Positions 26,843-36,110 of a stretch of 64,000 nucleotides of DNA are shown here, one piece after another. Source of the stretch: an uncultured Bacilli bacterium (GTDB lineage Bacteria; Bacillota_I; Bacilli_A; RF39; UBA660); the NCBI GenBank assembly GCA_934131695.1, contig CAKOZV010000002.1, positions 5,316-69,315 on the forward strand. The letters run 5' to 3'. Under the pieces are notes generated by a model. That model saw nothing but the letters and a program-made list of their open reading frames with translations, searched no databases and had not been told where the DNA came from. Within the stretch, counting starts at the first letter, position 1. Each line of letters starts with the position of its first letter. The position numbers and the translations under genes are program-made.

Positions 26843-27403
26843 TTAAATTGATTTTTCTTTGAAATAATTCAAGGTTTTAATAGTATCTTGGTGGATACAC
26901 TTACCTTCACTAGTAAGCTTTTTTATTTTTGTTTCTAAGCATAAAGTAACTGCTTTATCTAAATCTTGATAAGCAAGAACTCTTTCTTCTTCAATACCTT
27001 GATAGTTCTTTCCTGGTTCTATCTTATCTGCTAGATAGACAATTTTTTCTAAGTCACTCATATTAGGTCTACCTGTTGCATGATAGTAAACGGCATTAAC
27101 CATGTCTTCATTAAAATGATACTTTTCTCTAACTAGTACGGCTCCTACTACACCATGAATAAATTTTTTATTCTTAGGATCTAATAGATTTTCATCTAAG
27201 TTATGTTCTTTTACAAACTTTTCATTCTCTTCCGTTGTAAACTCTTTAGCTATATCATGAGTAAGTCCTGCAAGATAAGCTTCTTCTTCATTTAGATTAT
27301 AATGTTTAGCCAAATCTTTAGCTACCTCTCCTACTCTTAAACAGTGATTGTAACGATATTCACTAAGTAATGATTCTAAATCTTTTTTAATTTCTTCTAC
27401 CAT
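26843..27403 (-). CDS. yqeK: HD-domain phosphohydrolase, YqeK family (bis(5'-nucleosyl)-tetraphosphatase type)
   Basis: RYNHCLRVGEVA...GLTHDIAKE...YYHATG...LADKIEP matches the YqeK HD pattern. Confidence 0.8.
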   Translation of the reverse strand: MVEEIKKDLESLLSEYRYNHCLRVGEVAKDLAKHYNLNEEEAYLAGLTHDIAKEFTTEENEKFVKEHNLDENLLDPKNKKFIHGVVGAVLVREKYHFNEDMVNAVYYHATGRPNMSDLEKIVYLADKIEPGKNYQGIEEERVLAYQDLDKAVTLCLETKIKKLTSEGKCIHQDTIKTLNYFKEKSI

Positions 27404-27419
27404 AATAACACCCTTATTA

Positions 27420-28676
27420 TTATGACATAACTTCTCCTTTTGGTAAAGTAATACTTACTTCAGTCCATTCATTTTTCTTAGAGCTATAAGTAATGTTGCC
27501 ATCATGTAGTTTTATTATTTCTTTTGATAGACAAGTACCTAAACCTGAGCCTTTCTTCTTAGTTGTAAAAAACATCTGACCAACTTTATCTAGTTCTTCT
27601 TTACTCATTCCCTTACCATTATCTCTTACCTTGATAGATACTTCTTTTCCTAGGTCTTTTACATTTACTTCAATCGTACTTTTTTCTTTACTATCATCTT
27701 TCGCTTCAACAGCATTTTTTAATATATTTATAAAGACTTGTTTTAAACGATTATAGTCTGCTTCCATATAAAGTTCCTCATAAGGAATATTATAGATTCC
27801 TACTATCTTTCGCTCGTGAAATAATGGCTTTAAGGCAGAGTCTAATTCTTCTAAAAGCATTACTAAATCAAGTTCTTCTTTTTCTATTTTGATTTTTGTA
27901 TAATCTAGAAAGTCGTCCATCAAGACTAGAGTTCTATTAATTTCACTTTTAACAATTGGAATATACTTGATGCATTTCTTTTGATCATTTGGATCTAACA
28001 TATCAAGATAACCTTTACATACAGCGATTGGATTTTTAATCTCATGTGTTACTTTAAATAGTGATGCTCTTAACTCTTTTTCTTTCTCTACTGCATATAA
28101 ACTATTATTAAAATCGACAATTTTCTCACCTTTATTTAAAAAATAGAGAATAATAAAACTTGCTACATAAATAACAAAGATAAGAAATGCTAGATAAGCG
28201 ATATTATCAGAATAACTTCTATCAGGCGCAATAAACCAAAATACTTTTATGGTTAGAAAGAAACTATTAATAATAATAAAGCCATGAATTAGATTAACAA
28301 GAGAGAATTTACTTTTAGTAAGGTAAAGATAGCCAATAAAATAAATAATATATTCTACAATTAATAATCCAGGTACAATATGTAAAAATAATGTTTGATA
28401 ATAAATTAGAACAACTGATATAAAGATACTAAGCTCTGTTTTCTTTTTAGAAAATGCTAGTAATAAAGGAATATCAAAAAGCATCGTTGGATAATTATGA
28501 TGTAAAGGTAGTCCATAACGAAGGATAAAATATAGGGATGAAGTAAGTGCTATTTCAAAAGCTAAAGTATTCTCTTCCTGCTGAATATTCTTACGATATG
28601 TTATATAAATAAGATATAGGGAAATAGGACATAAAAGATAGATACAATTGTTTAAGATAATTTCAAGATACGACAT
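27420..28676 (-). CDS. orphan membrane sensor histidine kinase
   Basis: Five or six N-terminal TM segments, H-box THEIKNPIAV, and N/G boxes NILKNAVEA and GSGLGTCLSKE. No adjacent response regulator. Confidence 0.8.
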   Translation of the reverse strand: MSYLEIILNNCIYLLCPISLYLIYITYRKNIQQEENTLAFEIALTSSLYFILRYGLPLHHNYPTMLFDIPLLLAFSKKKTELSIFISVVLIYYQTLFLHIVPGLLIVEYIIYFIGYLYLTKSKFSLVNLIHGFIIINSFFLTIKVFWFIAPDRSYSDNIAYLAFLIFVIYVASFIILYFLNKGEKIVDFNNSLYAVEKEKELRASLFKVTHEIKNPIAVCKGYLDMLDPNDQKKCIKYIPIVKSEINRTLVLMDDFLDYTKIKIEKEELDLVMLLEELDSALKPLFHERKIVGIYNIPYEELYMEADYNRLKQVFINILKNAVEAKDDSKEKSTIEVNVKDLGKEVSIKVRDNGKGMSKEELDKVGQMFFTTKKKGSGLGTCLSKEIIKLHDGNITYSSKKNEWTEVSITLPKGEVMS

Positions 28677-28759
28677 ATTTCTCCTCCTTCGATATAATTA
28701 TATGTATCTTCTTTGTCGAATTTTGTCGAAATATGAAGAAAAGTAAGAGAAATTTTCCC

Positions 28760-30640
28760 TTACTTTGCTAATAAGTCACAAATTAAATTACTTAACTCTG
28801 TTGGATTATCTACTGATAGTCCTTCAATTAGTCTTGCTTCTTGATAAAGTACTTTACTATATTTATCTAAAGTATCAAAGTCTTTACTGTTATATAATTC
28901 TTCCATCTTCTTAGTAATTGGATGATTCATATTAATCTCCATTACTGTTTCTGCTTTAACATTTTGATTATTTGGCATAGATTGTAAAACTTTCTCCATC
29001 TCTGTTGATACTTCACCTTTAGTTTTTAAACATACAGGGTGATTCTTTAAATGATTAGTAAAGGTTACGTCTACTACAGAATCTTTTAGTGTATCTTTCA
29101 TCTTTCCTAACATATCTTTATAAGAGGTATTAGCTTCTTCTAGTTCTTTCTTTTCCTCTTCAGTAGAAAGATCAAGTTTTTCATCTGCTACATTCATAAA
29201 AGTTTTATCATCATACATACTTAATGTTTTAATAGTAAACTCATCTAAGTATTCGGTTAAGTATAATACTTCATAACCTTTTTCTTTAACAGCATCTACT
29301 TGTGGAAGCATCTCACATTTTTCTAAGCTTTCAGAGCAAGCATAATAAATGTTTTTCTGATCACTTTTCATTCTACTAACGTATTCTTTTAAGGTTGTAT
29401 ATTTTTTATCATTTGATGAATTAAATAGTAATAAGTCTTGTAGTAAATCTTTTTTCATACCATAAGTAGAATAAATACCATACTTTAATTGCATTCCAAA
29501 GTCTTTATAGAACTTCTCATAGTTTTCTCTATCTTTTGTAAGCATAGTCTCTAATTCTTTTTTGATTTTTGACTCTAGACTCTTTTCTATAGCTTGAATT
29601 TGATAATTTTCTTGTAAAGTTTCTCTTGAGATATTTAATGATATATCTTCACTATCAACTAATCCTTTAACGAAACTAAAGTAGTCTGGTAATAAGTCAC
29701 TACACTTATCCATGATTAGAACTCCTTTAGAATATAGTTGTAGTCCTTTTTCATAGTCTTTTGAATAGTAATTATATGGAGCATGAGAAGGGATAAATAA
29801 TAAAGTTTGATAACTAGTTCTTCCTTCTACTTCACTACGAATTACTTTTAATGGTTTTTCATAATCATAGAACTTATCAGTATAAAAGTCTTGATACTCT
29901 TCATCAGTTACTTCACTCTTTGGCTTTTTCCAAATAGGTGTCATACTGTTTAATGTCTTATCAGTACTTACTGTCTCTTCCTTATCGTCTTTATCTTTCT
30001 TAGTTTCTTCTACCATCATCTTAACTGGGTATGGTATATAGTCAGAGTACTTTTTAATTAATCTTTCAAGTGTATATGTTTCTAAGAAATCACTATACTT
30101 ATTATCTTCTGTATCTTCCTTTAAGTATAAAGTAATCTCAGTACCAGTATCTTTTTTATCTGACTTACTAATAGTATAACCACTAGCTCCTTCACTTTCC
30201 CAAGTATTAGCCTCACTATCACTATCTAATGGTTTACTATTTACTACTACTTTATCACTTACCATAAAGGCTGAATAAAATCCTACTCCGAACTGACCAA
30301 TTATTGATAAGTTTTTCTCATCTTTCATATTTTCTTTGAATAGTTCAGAACCACTCTTAGCAATTGTACCTAAGTTATTTTCTAACTCTTCGCAAGTCAT
30401 ACCAATACCATTATCTTTAATAGTTAAAGTTCTATTTTCTTTATCTGGTATTAATCTAATCTCTAAGTCTTCTTTCTTTATTTTAATCTTTGTATCTGTT
30501 AGTGATTTATAATATAATTTATCAAGTGCATCACTAGCATTAGAGATTAATTCTCTTAAAAATATTTCTTGATTTGTATAGATGGAATGAATCATCATAT
30601 CTAATAGTTTTTTTGATTCTGCTTTAAATTGTTTTTTCAT
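28760..30640 (-). CDS. htpG: molecular chaperone HtpG (Hsp90)
   Basis: 626 aa. The Hsp90 N-terminal signature (IFLRELISNASDALDK, LGTIAKSG, IGQFGVGFYSAF) and full-length architecture are present. Confidence 0.95.
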   Translation of the reverse strand: MKKQFKAESKKLLDMMIHSIYTNQEIFLRELISNASDALDKLYYKSLTDTKIKIKKEDLEIRLIPDKENRTLTIKDNGIGMTCEELENNLGTIAKSGSELFKENMKDEKNLSIIGQFGVGFYSAFMVSDKVVVNSKPLDSDSEANTWESEGASGYTISKSDKKDTGTEITLYLKEDTEDNKYSDFLETYTLERLIKKYSDYIPYPVKMMVEETKKDKDDKEETVSTDKTLNSMTPIWKKPKSEVTDEEYQDFYTDKFYDYEKPLKVIRSEVEGRTSYQTLLFIPSHAPYNYYSKDYEKGLQLYSKGVLIMDKCSDLLPDYFSFVKGLVDSEDISLNISRETLQENYQIQAIEKSLESKIKKELETMLTKDRENYEKFYKDFGMQLKYGIYSTYGMKKDLLQDLLLFNSSNDKKYTTLKEYVSRMKSDQKNIYYACSESLEKCEMLPQVDAVKEKGYEVLYLTEYLDEFTIKTLSMYDDKTFMNVADEKLDLSTEEEKKELEEANTSYKDMLGKMKDTLKDSVVDVTFTNHLKNHPVCLKTKGEVSTEMEKVLQSMPNNQNVKAETVMEINMNHPITKKMEELYNSKDFDTLDKYSKVLYQEARLIEGLSVDNPTELSNLICDLLAK

Positions 30641-30697
30641 ATATAATAATCTCCTCCTTGTTAGTTCTTCCTAACAATTAGTAGAATATCACTAGAA

Positions 30698-30724
30698 TTA
30701 GCAATTGTCAATATAGAGTGCTAA
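30698..30724 (-). promoter_or_regulatory. degenerate CIRCE-like operator overlapping the putative htpG promoter
   Basis: Minus strand reads TTAGCACTC-TATATTGAC-AATTGCTAA: one half-site is perfect and the other matches 7/9. The embedded TTGACA (30706-30711) is followed by a 17-nt spacer and TATTCT. Confidence 0.5.
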
Positions 30725-30789
30725 TTATTTTTATTTAATATTATATATAGTAAAAGATAGGTAAAAGTTTGCCTATCTTTAAGTCATAA

Positions 30790-31782
30790 TTAAATCTTAT
30801 AATACATTTGGTTTTTACTATTTGGTTTATCAGGAATTGTTAGTTTAATTAAATCTCTTTCTATAGCAGGATGTAGATATTTATTTCTTAATGTATCTTT
30901 TGACTTAATATTTAATTTAGTCATCATTTCAGTAGCAGTCAGAGGTACGTTACGTTCCATAATATTTAATAATTTATTTATATTAATTTCTTCTTCACTA
31001 ACTGGAATGCTAGGTGCACTAAGGGCTTCATCTAGTGTTTCATCAATCATTTTAAGCATAAATTCAATAAATTCAGTGGAATCTCCTTTATTATTGCAAT
31101 TAGCAATAGCTTTATAATAATCAGATTGAAATTTATGTATTTGAGACTCTATTGGTAAATATTCAAATATTTCTTTCCAATTATATAGTAATATATTTTG
31201 CCATAATCTAGCTGTTCTTCCATTTCCGTCACTAAAAGGATGAATGAAAACAAATTCATAATGAAATATACTTGAAAGTATTAGTGGATGTACTTTTTCT
31301 TTATTATCGCTCATCCAAGTAAATAACTGATTTATTAAATTGCCAACTCTTTCTGGTGGTGGACACATGAAAATACACTTATCTCCATCAAAGACACCTT
31401 CATTACCTCTTCTAAATTCACCTGATTCATCTACCGTTAGAAAAGTCATAACTCCATGTATCTTTTTTAAGTCTTCTATAGAGTACGGATTTATTAAAGA
31501 AAGCATTTCATATGCCTTATAAGCATTTTTTACCTCTTGAATATCCTTTTGTGGTCCTATAACTAGTTTACCATCTATTACATCCTTTACCTGTTCTAAC
31601 GTTAAATTGTTATTTTCTATTGCTAAGGATGAATGTATAGAGTTAATCTTTGTTTGTTTTCTTAAATACGGCTTTTTATTTAAATTAGAGTAATTATCTA
31701 ATTTAGAGATTTTTAAAGAAATATTCGATACTCTTGTTAGCATCTCTTGTGTAATAGAAAAAGGCGGAACATAGTTTTCCAT
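30790..31782 (-). CDS. Fic-family protein (class II, N-terminal inhibitory helix) with a C-terminal winged-helix-like tail
   Basis: Fic motif HPFSDGNGRTARL. Upstream SLAIEN fits the (S/T)xxxE(G/N) inhibitory motif. Confidence 0.85.
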   Translation of the reverse strand: MENYVPPFSITQEMLTRVSNISLKISKLDNYSNLNKKPYLRKQTKINSIHSSLAIENNNLTLEQVKDVIDGKLVIGPQKDIQEVKNAYKAYEMLSLINPYSIEDLKKIHGVMTFLTVDESGEFRRGNEGVFDGDKCIFMCPPPERVGNLINQLFTWMSDNKEKVHPLILSSIFHYEFVFIHPFSDGNGRTARLWQNILLYNWKEIFEYLPIESQIHKFQSDYYKAIANCNNKGDSTEFIEFMLKMIDETLDEALSAPSIPVSEEEININKLLNIMERNVPLTATEMMTKLNIKSKDTLRNKYLHPAIERDLIKLTIPDKPNSKNQMYYKI

Positions 31783-31893
31783 AAATTATCACCTCATTAA
31801 TATCATATATATTATATCATATCCTAAGAAATTCAGCAATTCTAACTTGCATAAATCTTGCATAAATCTTACCTAAAAAGAAAAAGCAAGAAC

Positions 31894-32121
31894 TTAATTA
31901 ATTGCTTTTCCATTTACATATAGTTTATAACCATTAAAGTCTATATTACTATAAGATGTATCACTATCATCTAAGCTTGAGACATAACTATCACCTGTTA
32001 ATTTAATCTTAGAAGTTTTATTTAGTACTAATTTTATAGATTTAGCTTTATTATTACTATTAATAGTACCTTCATAGACATTAAAAAAGAAAGATTTATT
32101 TATTTTTATCTTTCTTATCAT
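31894..32121 (-). pseudogene. probable C-terminal remnant of a larger secreted/carbohydrate-binding-type protein
   Basis: 75-aa ORF with no RBS whose start lies inside the 3' end of the ttcA-like gene. The sequence KIKLTGDSYVSSLDDSDTSYSNIDFNGYKLYVNGKAIN looks like the tail of a beta-rich extracellular protein. Confidence 0.3.
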
Positions 32122-32935
32122 AATCTTCTAAAAAACTTTTATATACCCCATTAGTCTTTGTACCTAAAACACAATCTAAATTTACATTATCTAAGCTCTT
32201 GAAGATGTTATAGTCAGCATTTTTATTAATCTTTCTTAGATTCTTAATTAGTTCTTTCATCTCTTTTCGTTTACTAGTTCCATCATTTATTAAGGAACAT
32301 CCTTCTGTGAAACGACAAGCACAATTGATAAATGTTAATTCGTTAGTATTACGCCAAGAGATAATTGACTCTTCTTTGACTAGATATAATGGTCTAATAA
32401 GTTCAATACCTTCAAAGTTATCACTATGAAGTTTAGGCATCATAGTCTTTATTTCCGAACCATATAGCATTGATAAAAGCGTTGTTTCAATTACATCATC
32501 AAAGTGATGACCTAAAGCTATTTTATTACATCCTAGCTCTTTCGCTTTACTATATAAGAAACCTCTTCGCATTCTAGCACACATATAACAAGGACTAGAA
32601 TCTATTTGACTTACTACATCAAAGATATCACTTTCAAATATCTCAATAGGAATATTTAGTATTTTAGCATTATCTTCTATCATAGCTCGATTATACTCGT
32701 TATAACCTGGATCCATTACTACATATCTAGCGGTAAACTTAACTTTACCATGACGAATTAATTCTTGTATACACTTAGCTAATAGAAATGAATCTTTTCC
32801 TCCCGAAATACAAACCATTACATTATCATTTTCTTTGATTAATTCATATTCACTAACTGCTTTTATAAATTTAGAAAATATATCTTTACGATATTTCTTT
32901 ATAATACTTCGCTCTATTTCTTTATACTTCTCCAT
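32096..32935 (-). CDS. TtcA-family PP-loop ATPase (tRNA 2-thiocytidine synthetase-like)
   Basis: PP-loop CISGGKDS, CYMCARMRRG and GHHFDD blocks. Confidence 0.8.
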   Translation of the reverse strand: MEKYKEIERSIIKKYRKDIFSKFIKAVSEYELIKENDNVMVCISGGKDSFLLAKCIQELIRHGKVKFTARYVVMDPGYNEYNRAMIEDNAKILNIPIEIFESDIFDVVSQIDSSPCYMCARMRRGFLYSKAKELGCNKIALGHHFDDVIETTLLSMLYGSEIKTMMPKLHSDNFEGIELIRPLYLVKEESIISWRNTNELTFINCACRFTEGCSLINDGTSKRKEMKELIKNLRKINKNADYNIFKSLDNVNLDCVLGTKTNGVYKSFLEDYDKKDKNK

Positions 32936-34052
32936 GATAAATCTCCTTATATATTAAATCAAATACTTTCAAAAATTCTTCAACTTCTTCTTTAGTAGTC
33001 TTATATGATAAACTTACTCTAATTGATGATGATGCTTTTTGTTTATCTTTAGTTAAGGCATATACTAGTTTAGATGGGGTTGTGATGGGACAACATGAAG
33101 TTTTAGCAGAAAGAATGATATTATGTTCTTCAAACTTATCTAAGATAGTAAGAGCTTTTTCTCCTATAAGACTAAAGTTGATGATAGATGGTAATGAGTT
33201 TTCTCTACTGTTGATAGAAACGTTTTTATATTCACTTAGATGTGATTTAATCATATCCCCTAATTCTTTTAGATAGTTATATCTTGCTTCTTGATTAGTA
33301 AGTGCTATTTCTAAAGCTTTTTCTAAGGCTAAAATATTGGCAAGTGATGGAGTTCCTGCTCGATAAATGGTTGTAGATTTACCTCCTTCTATTAATGGAG
33401 TTAATCTAACATTTTTCTTTTTTACTAAGATACCAAAGTTATCTAATCCATGAAACTTATGAGGATTTACAGTGACAAGGTCTACATTACTATAATCAAT
33501 TGTTACCTTTCCAATAGACTGAGTAGCATCAGTATGAAAGTGACAGTTAGGATAACCCTTTAAAATAGTTGCTATTTCTTCTATTGGTTGTCTAAGAGCT
33601 AGTTCACTATCTACTGAGGTAACACTTACTAAAATAGTATCATCTCTTAACATACTCTTTAAGGATTCTATATCTACTACACCTTTATCAGTTACAGGAA
33701 TAACTTCAACTTCAAAGCCAAGACGCTCTAAGCTAACTACTGAACTAGTAATAGAATTATGTTCTAAACTACTAATCAAGATATGCTTACCATAGTTTTT
33801 ATAACTAAGACATAGTCCTTTAACTGCTAAGTTATTAGATTCAGTTGCACCTGAAGTATAAATAATCTCATCTTTTAACACTTTAAGCATATTAGCAATT
33901 CTTAAAGTACTACCACTTATCATTTTATTTTCTTCTCTTCCTAGTTTATGAATTGAATTTGGATTAGCATAATACTTTTTAGTTGTATTATAAAAGATAT
34001 CTAATACTTCATCTTCTACAAAACTAGCTGCTACATTGTCTAAATAAATCAA
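32922..34052 (-). CDS. cysteine desulfurase (class V aminotransferase, NifS/IscS-like)
   Basis: IYLDNVAAS start region; TTG at 34052 is better spaced from AAAGGGG than the tracked GTG at 34061. SGATESNN and HKFHG (PLP lysine) are present. The gene overlaps the ttcA-like gene by 14 nt. Confidence 0.85.
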   Translation of the reverse strand: MIYLDNVAASFVEDEVLDIFYNTTKKYYANPNSIHKLGREENKMISGSTLRIANMLKVLKDEIIYTSGATESNNLAVKGLCLSYKNYGKHILISSLEHNSITSSVVSLERLGFEVEVIPVTDKGVVDIESLKSMLRDDTILVSVTSVDSELALRQPIEEIATILKGYPNCHFHTDATQSIGKVTIDYSNVDLVTVNPHKFHGLDNFGILVKKKNVRLTPLIEGGKSTTIYRAGTPSLANILALEKALEIALTNQEARYNYLKELGDMIKSHLSEYKNVSINSRENSLPSIINFSLIGEKALTILDKFEEHNIILSAKTSCCPITTPSKLVYALTKDKQKASSSIRVSLSYKTTKEEVEEFLKVFDLIYKEIYHGEV

Positions 34053-34094
34053 GTATATCACCCCTTTGTTTAAGTCTATATTATTATAAGTAGA

Positions 34095-35375
34095 TTAATT
34101 TTCACTGTCAACATTGTTTTCTTCATATTTTTTATTCTGTTCTTCTGCAAAGAGTTTAGCCATTGTTTCACTATTTCTTGTTAATCTTTTTATAGTTAAC
34201 TCTTCCGCTTTATTATTAGCAAGTCTTAAGTTTCTATCACTAGAGATTAGGGCATCTTTTGTCTTTTGCAAATGATCAATTGTTTTATCTATTTCTTCTA
34301 TTGCTTTACTAAACTTTTCGGATGCTATGCGATAGTTTTTAGCAAAACCACTCTTAAAGGCATTCATATTCTCTTCAAAGTGAGATATATCAATATTTTG
34401 ATTTTGTAAAACAAGCATTTCCTTTTTATATTCTAAGGCATTAAGAGCAGCTCCTCTAATTAAGGTTATTAAAGGAATAAAAAACTGTGGTCTAATAACA
34501 TACATCTTAGGATAACGATAAGAAACATCTACTATGCCCGTATTATAATAATCATTATCAATTTCAAGTAAGGATACAAGTACGGCATATTCACATTTTT
34601 TCTCTTTTCTATCTTTATCAAGTTCTTTAAAGAAGTCTTCATTCTTATGTTTAGTAGCTGTCATATCTGCTTCATTTTTCATCTCAAACATAATAGATAC
34701 AATCTCTGTTTTCTCATCATCATAGTCTCTAAAGATAAAGTCACCTTTAGAACCGGTTCTTGCATCATTATCTTTTTCAAAGTAAGCATTAGGAAATAAT
34801 GGTCTTAAGGTATTAAACTCATTATTACAATGTACTTCTAGACTTTCTCCTATCATCTTAGTTGATTGTCTTGCTTTCATATCTTTATAATAAGCAATCA
34901 TCTCATCTTTATCTTTTAGTTTATTTTCATACACATCTTTGATATTTTTTTCTTTTAAGGCATACTCTTTACTATCTAATTCTAACTGACTTTTCAAACT
35001 AGAAATATTCTTATCTTTTTCATTTTCTAGTTCTTTAATCTTAATATTTAACTTTGCTATTTCTTCTTTATATTCATTAGCTGTTTTAATCTTAGTATTT
35101 TCAACCAAACTATCTTCTAGTTGTTTTTTACTCTTTAATTCTTCATTTAGTTTTGTTATCTCTAAATCTTTTTCTTTTAGCATCGTACTTAATTTCTTTT
35201 CAAGTTCATTCTCAGCTAGCTTTATTGCTTGGTTCTTATCTTTTTCATATTGTTCTTGCCTTGTTGCTATCTCATTTTTAAATTCACTATCTCTTACTTG
35301 TTTTACAATAGAGTCATATTGTTTCTCATCAATTTTAAAAATGGTTCCACAATTAGGACATTTTATTTCATTCAT
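34095..35375 (-). CDS. DUF2130-like protein (N-terminal zinc ribbon, long coiled coil, C-terminal nuclease-like domain)
   Basis: MNEIKCPNCGTIF start, about 150 aa of coiled coil, and a conserved C-terminal block GSKGDFIFRD...FEMKNE. Confidence 0.65.
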   Translation of the reverse strand: MNEIKCPNCGTIFKIDEKQYDSIVKQVRDSEFKNEIATRQEQYEKDKNQAIKLAENELEKKLSTMLKEKDLEITKLNEELKSKKQLEDSLVENTKIKTANEYKEEIAKLNIKIKELENEKDKNISSLKSQLELDSKEYALKEKNIKDVYENKLKDKDEMIAYYKDMKARQSTKMIGESLEVHCNNEFNTLRPLFPNAYFEKDNDARTGSKGDFIFRDYDDEKTEIVSIMFEMKNEADMTATKHKNEDFFKELDKDRKEKKCEYAVLVSLLEIDNDYYNTGIVDVSYRYPKMYVIRPQFFIPLITLIRGAALNALEYKKEMLVLQNQNIDISHFEENMNAFKSGFAKNYRIASEKFSKAIEEIDKTIDHLQKTKDALISSDRNLRLANNKAEELTIKRLTRNSETMAKLFAEEQNKKYEENNVDSEN

Positions 35376-35389
35376 AGTTTTACACCTTT

Positions 35390-35884
35390 CTATTTTACTT
35401 TTTCTTTAAGATTTTTAAACTTAGATTTAAAAGTATCTACATAATCTTTATTAATAATAATTTTATTATCTTCTTCTTGTTTTTCTTCTACTGGAGTTGG
35501 ATTGCAACCTCCTTTTTCTATTCCAATCTTATTTATATGAAACTTAGTACCACAGTTTTGGCATACTAAGTATTCACCTTCTTGGATGAAGTAAGCTTTA
35601 GGAGATGGGTTACAAACCTGACAAGTATTAAGTGCTATTCTTACCTTACCATCAGTTCCCCTTACTAAGATAAACTGAATGATAATACCCTCATCGTCAT
35701 AATTTACAAAGGTAGCTGTACTTGTTATTTTACTAGTATCTAAAATAATACTATTATCTTCATTAGCTTTTACTGTTAGATATTTATTTTCTATTTGTTT
35801 CTTTGTTTCCTTAGTTTTAGGACTACAACCATTAACAATTAAAACTAGGATTAAGATAAGAATAAGATAACTAATTTTCTTCAT
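35390..35884 (-). CDS. Cys-rich lipoprotein (two CxxC pairs; DUF2318-like metal-binding protein)
   Basis: Signal peptide with lipobox VNGC. CQVCNP...CQNCGTKF...GGCNP motifs are present. It overlaps copZ by 14 nt. Confidence 0.5.
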   Translation of the reverse strand: MKKISYLILILILVLIVNGCSPKTKETKKQIENKYLTVKANEDNSIILDTSKITSTATFVNYDDEGIIIQFILVRGTDGKVRIALNTCQVCNPSPKAYFIQEGEYLVCQNCGTKFHINKIGIEKGGCNPTPVEEKQEEDNKIIINKDYVDTFKSKFKNLKEKVK

Positions 35885-36107
35885 TACTTACTCCTTCATA
35901 TTTATATCCTAAAGAGTTGATAGTACTTTCTACTGCTTTGATATTTAATTCTTTATCACTTAAAATGATAACACTATTATTCTTAAGATTTACTTTTACT
36001 TTTCTTATATCATCTAAACTTTCTAGAGCTTTAGTTACTTTATCAGCACAATGGTTACAACTCATTCCTTCTACTTTAATTATAGTTTTAATCTTCTTAT
36101 TAAACAT
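35871..36107 (-). CDS. copZ: copper chaperone CopZ (HMA domain)
   Basis: 78 aa with GMSCNHCADKV metal-binding motif. Confidence 0.85.
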   Translation of the reverse strand: MFNKKIKTIIKVEGMSCNHCADKVTKALESLDDIRKVKVNLKNNSVIILSDKELNIKAVESTINSLGYKYEGVSNEEN

Positions 36108-36110
36108 TTC

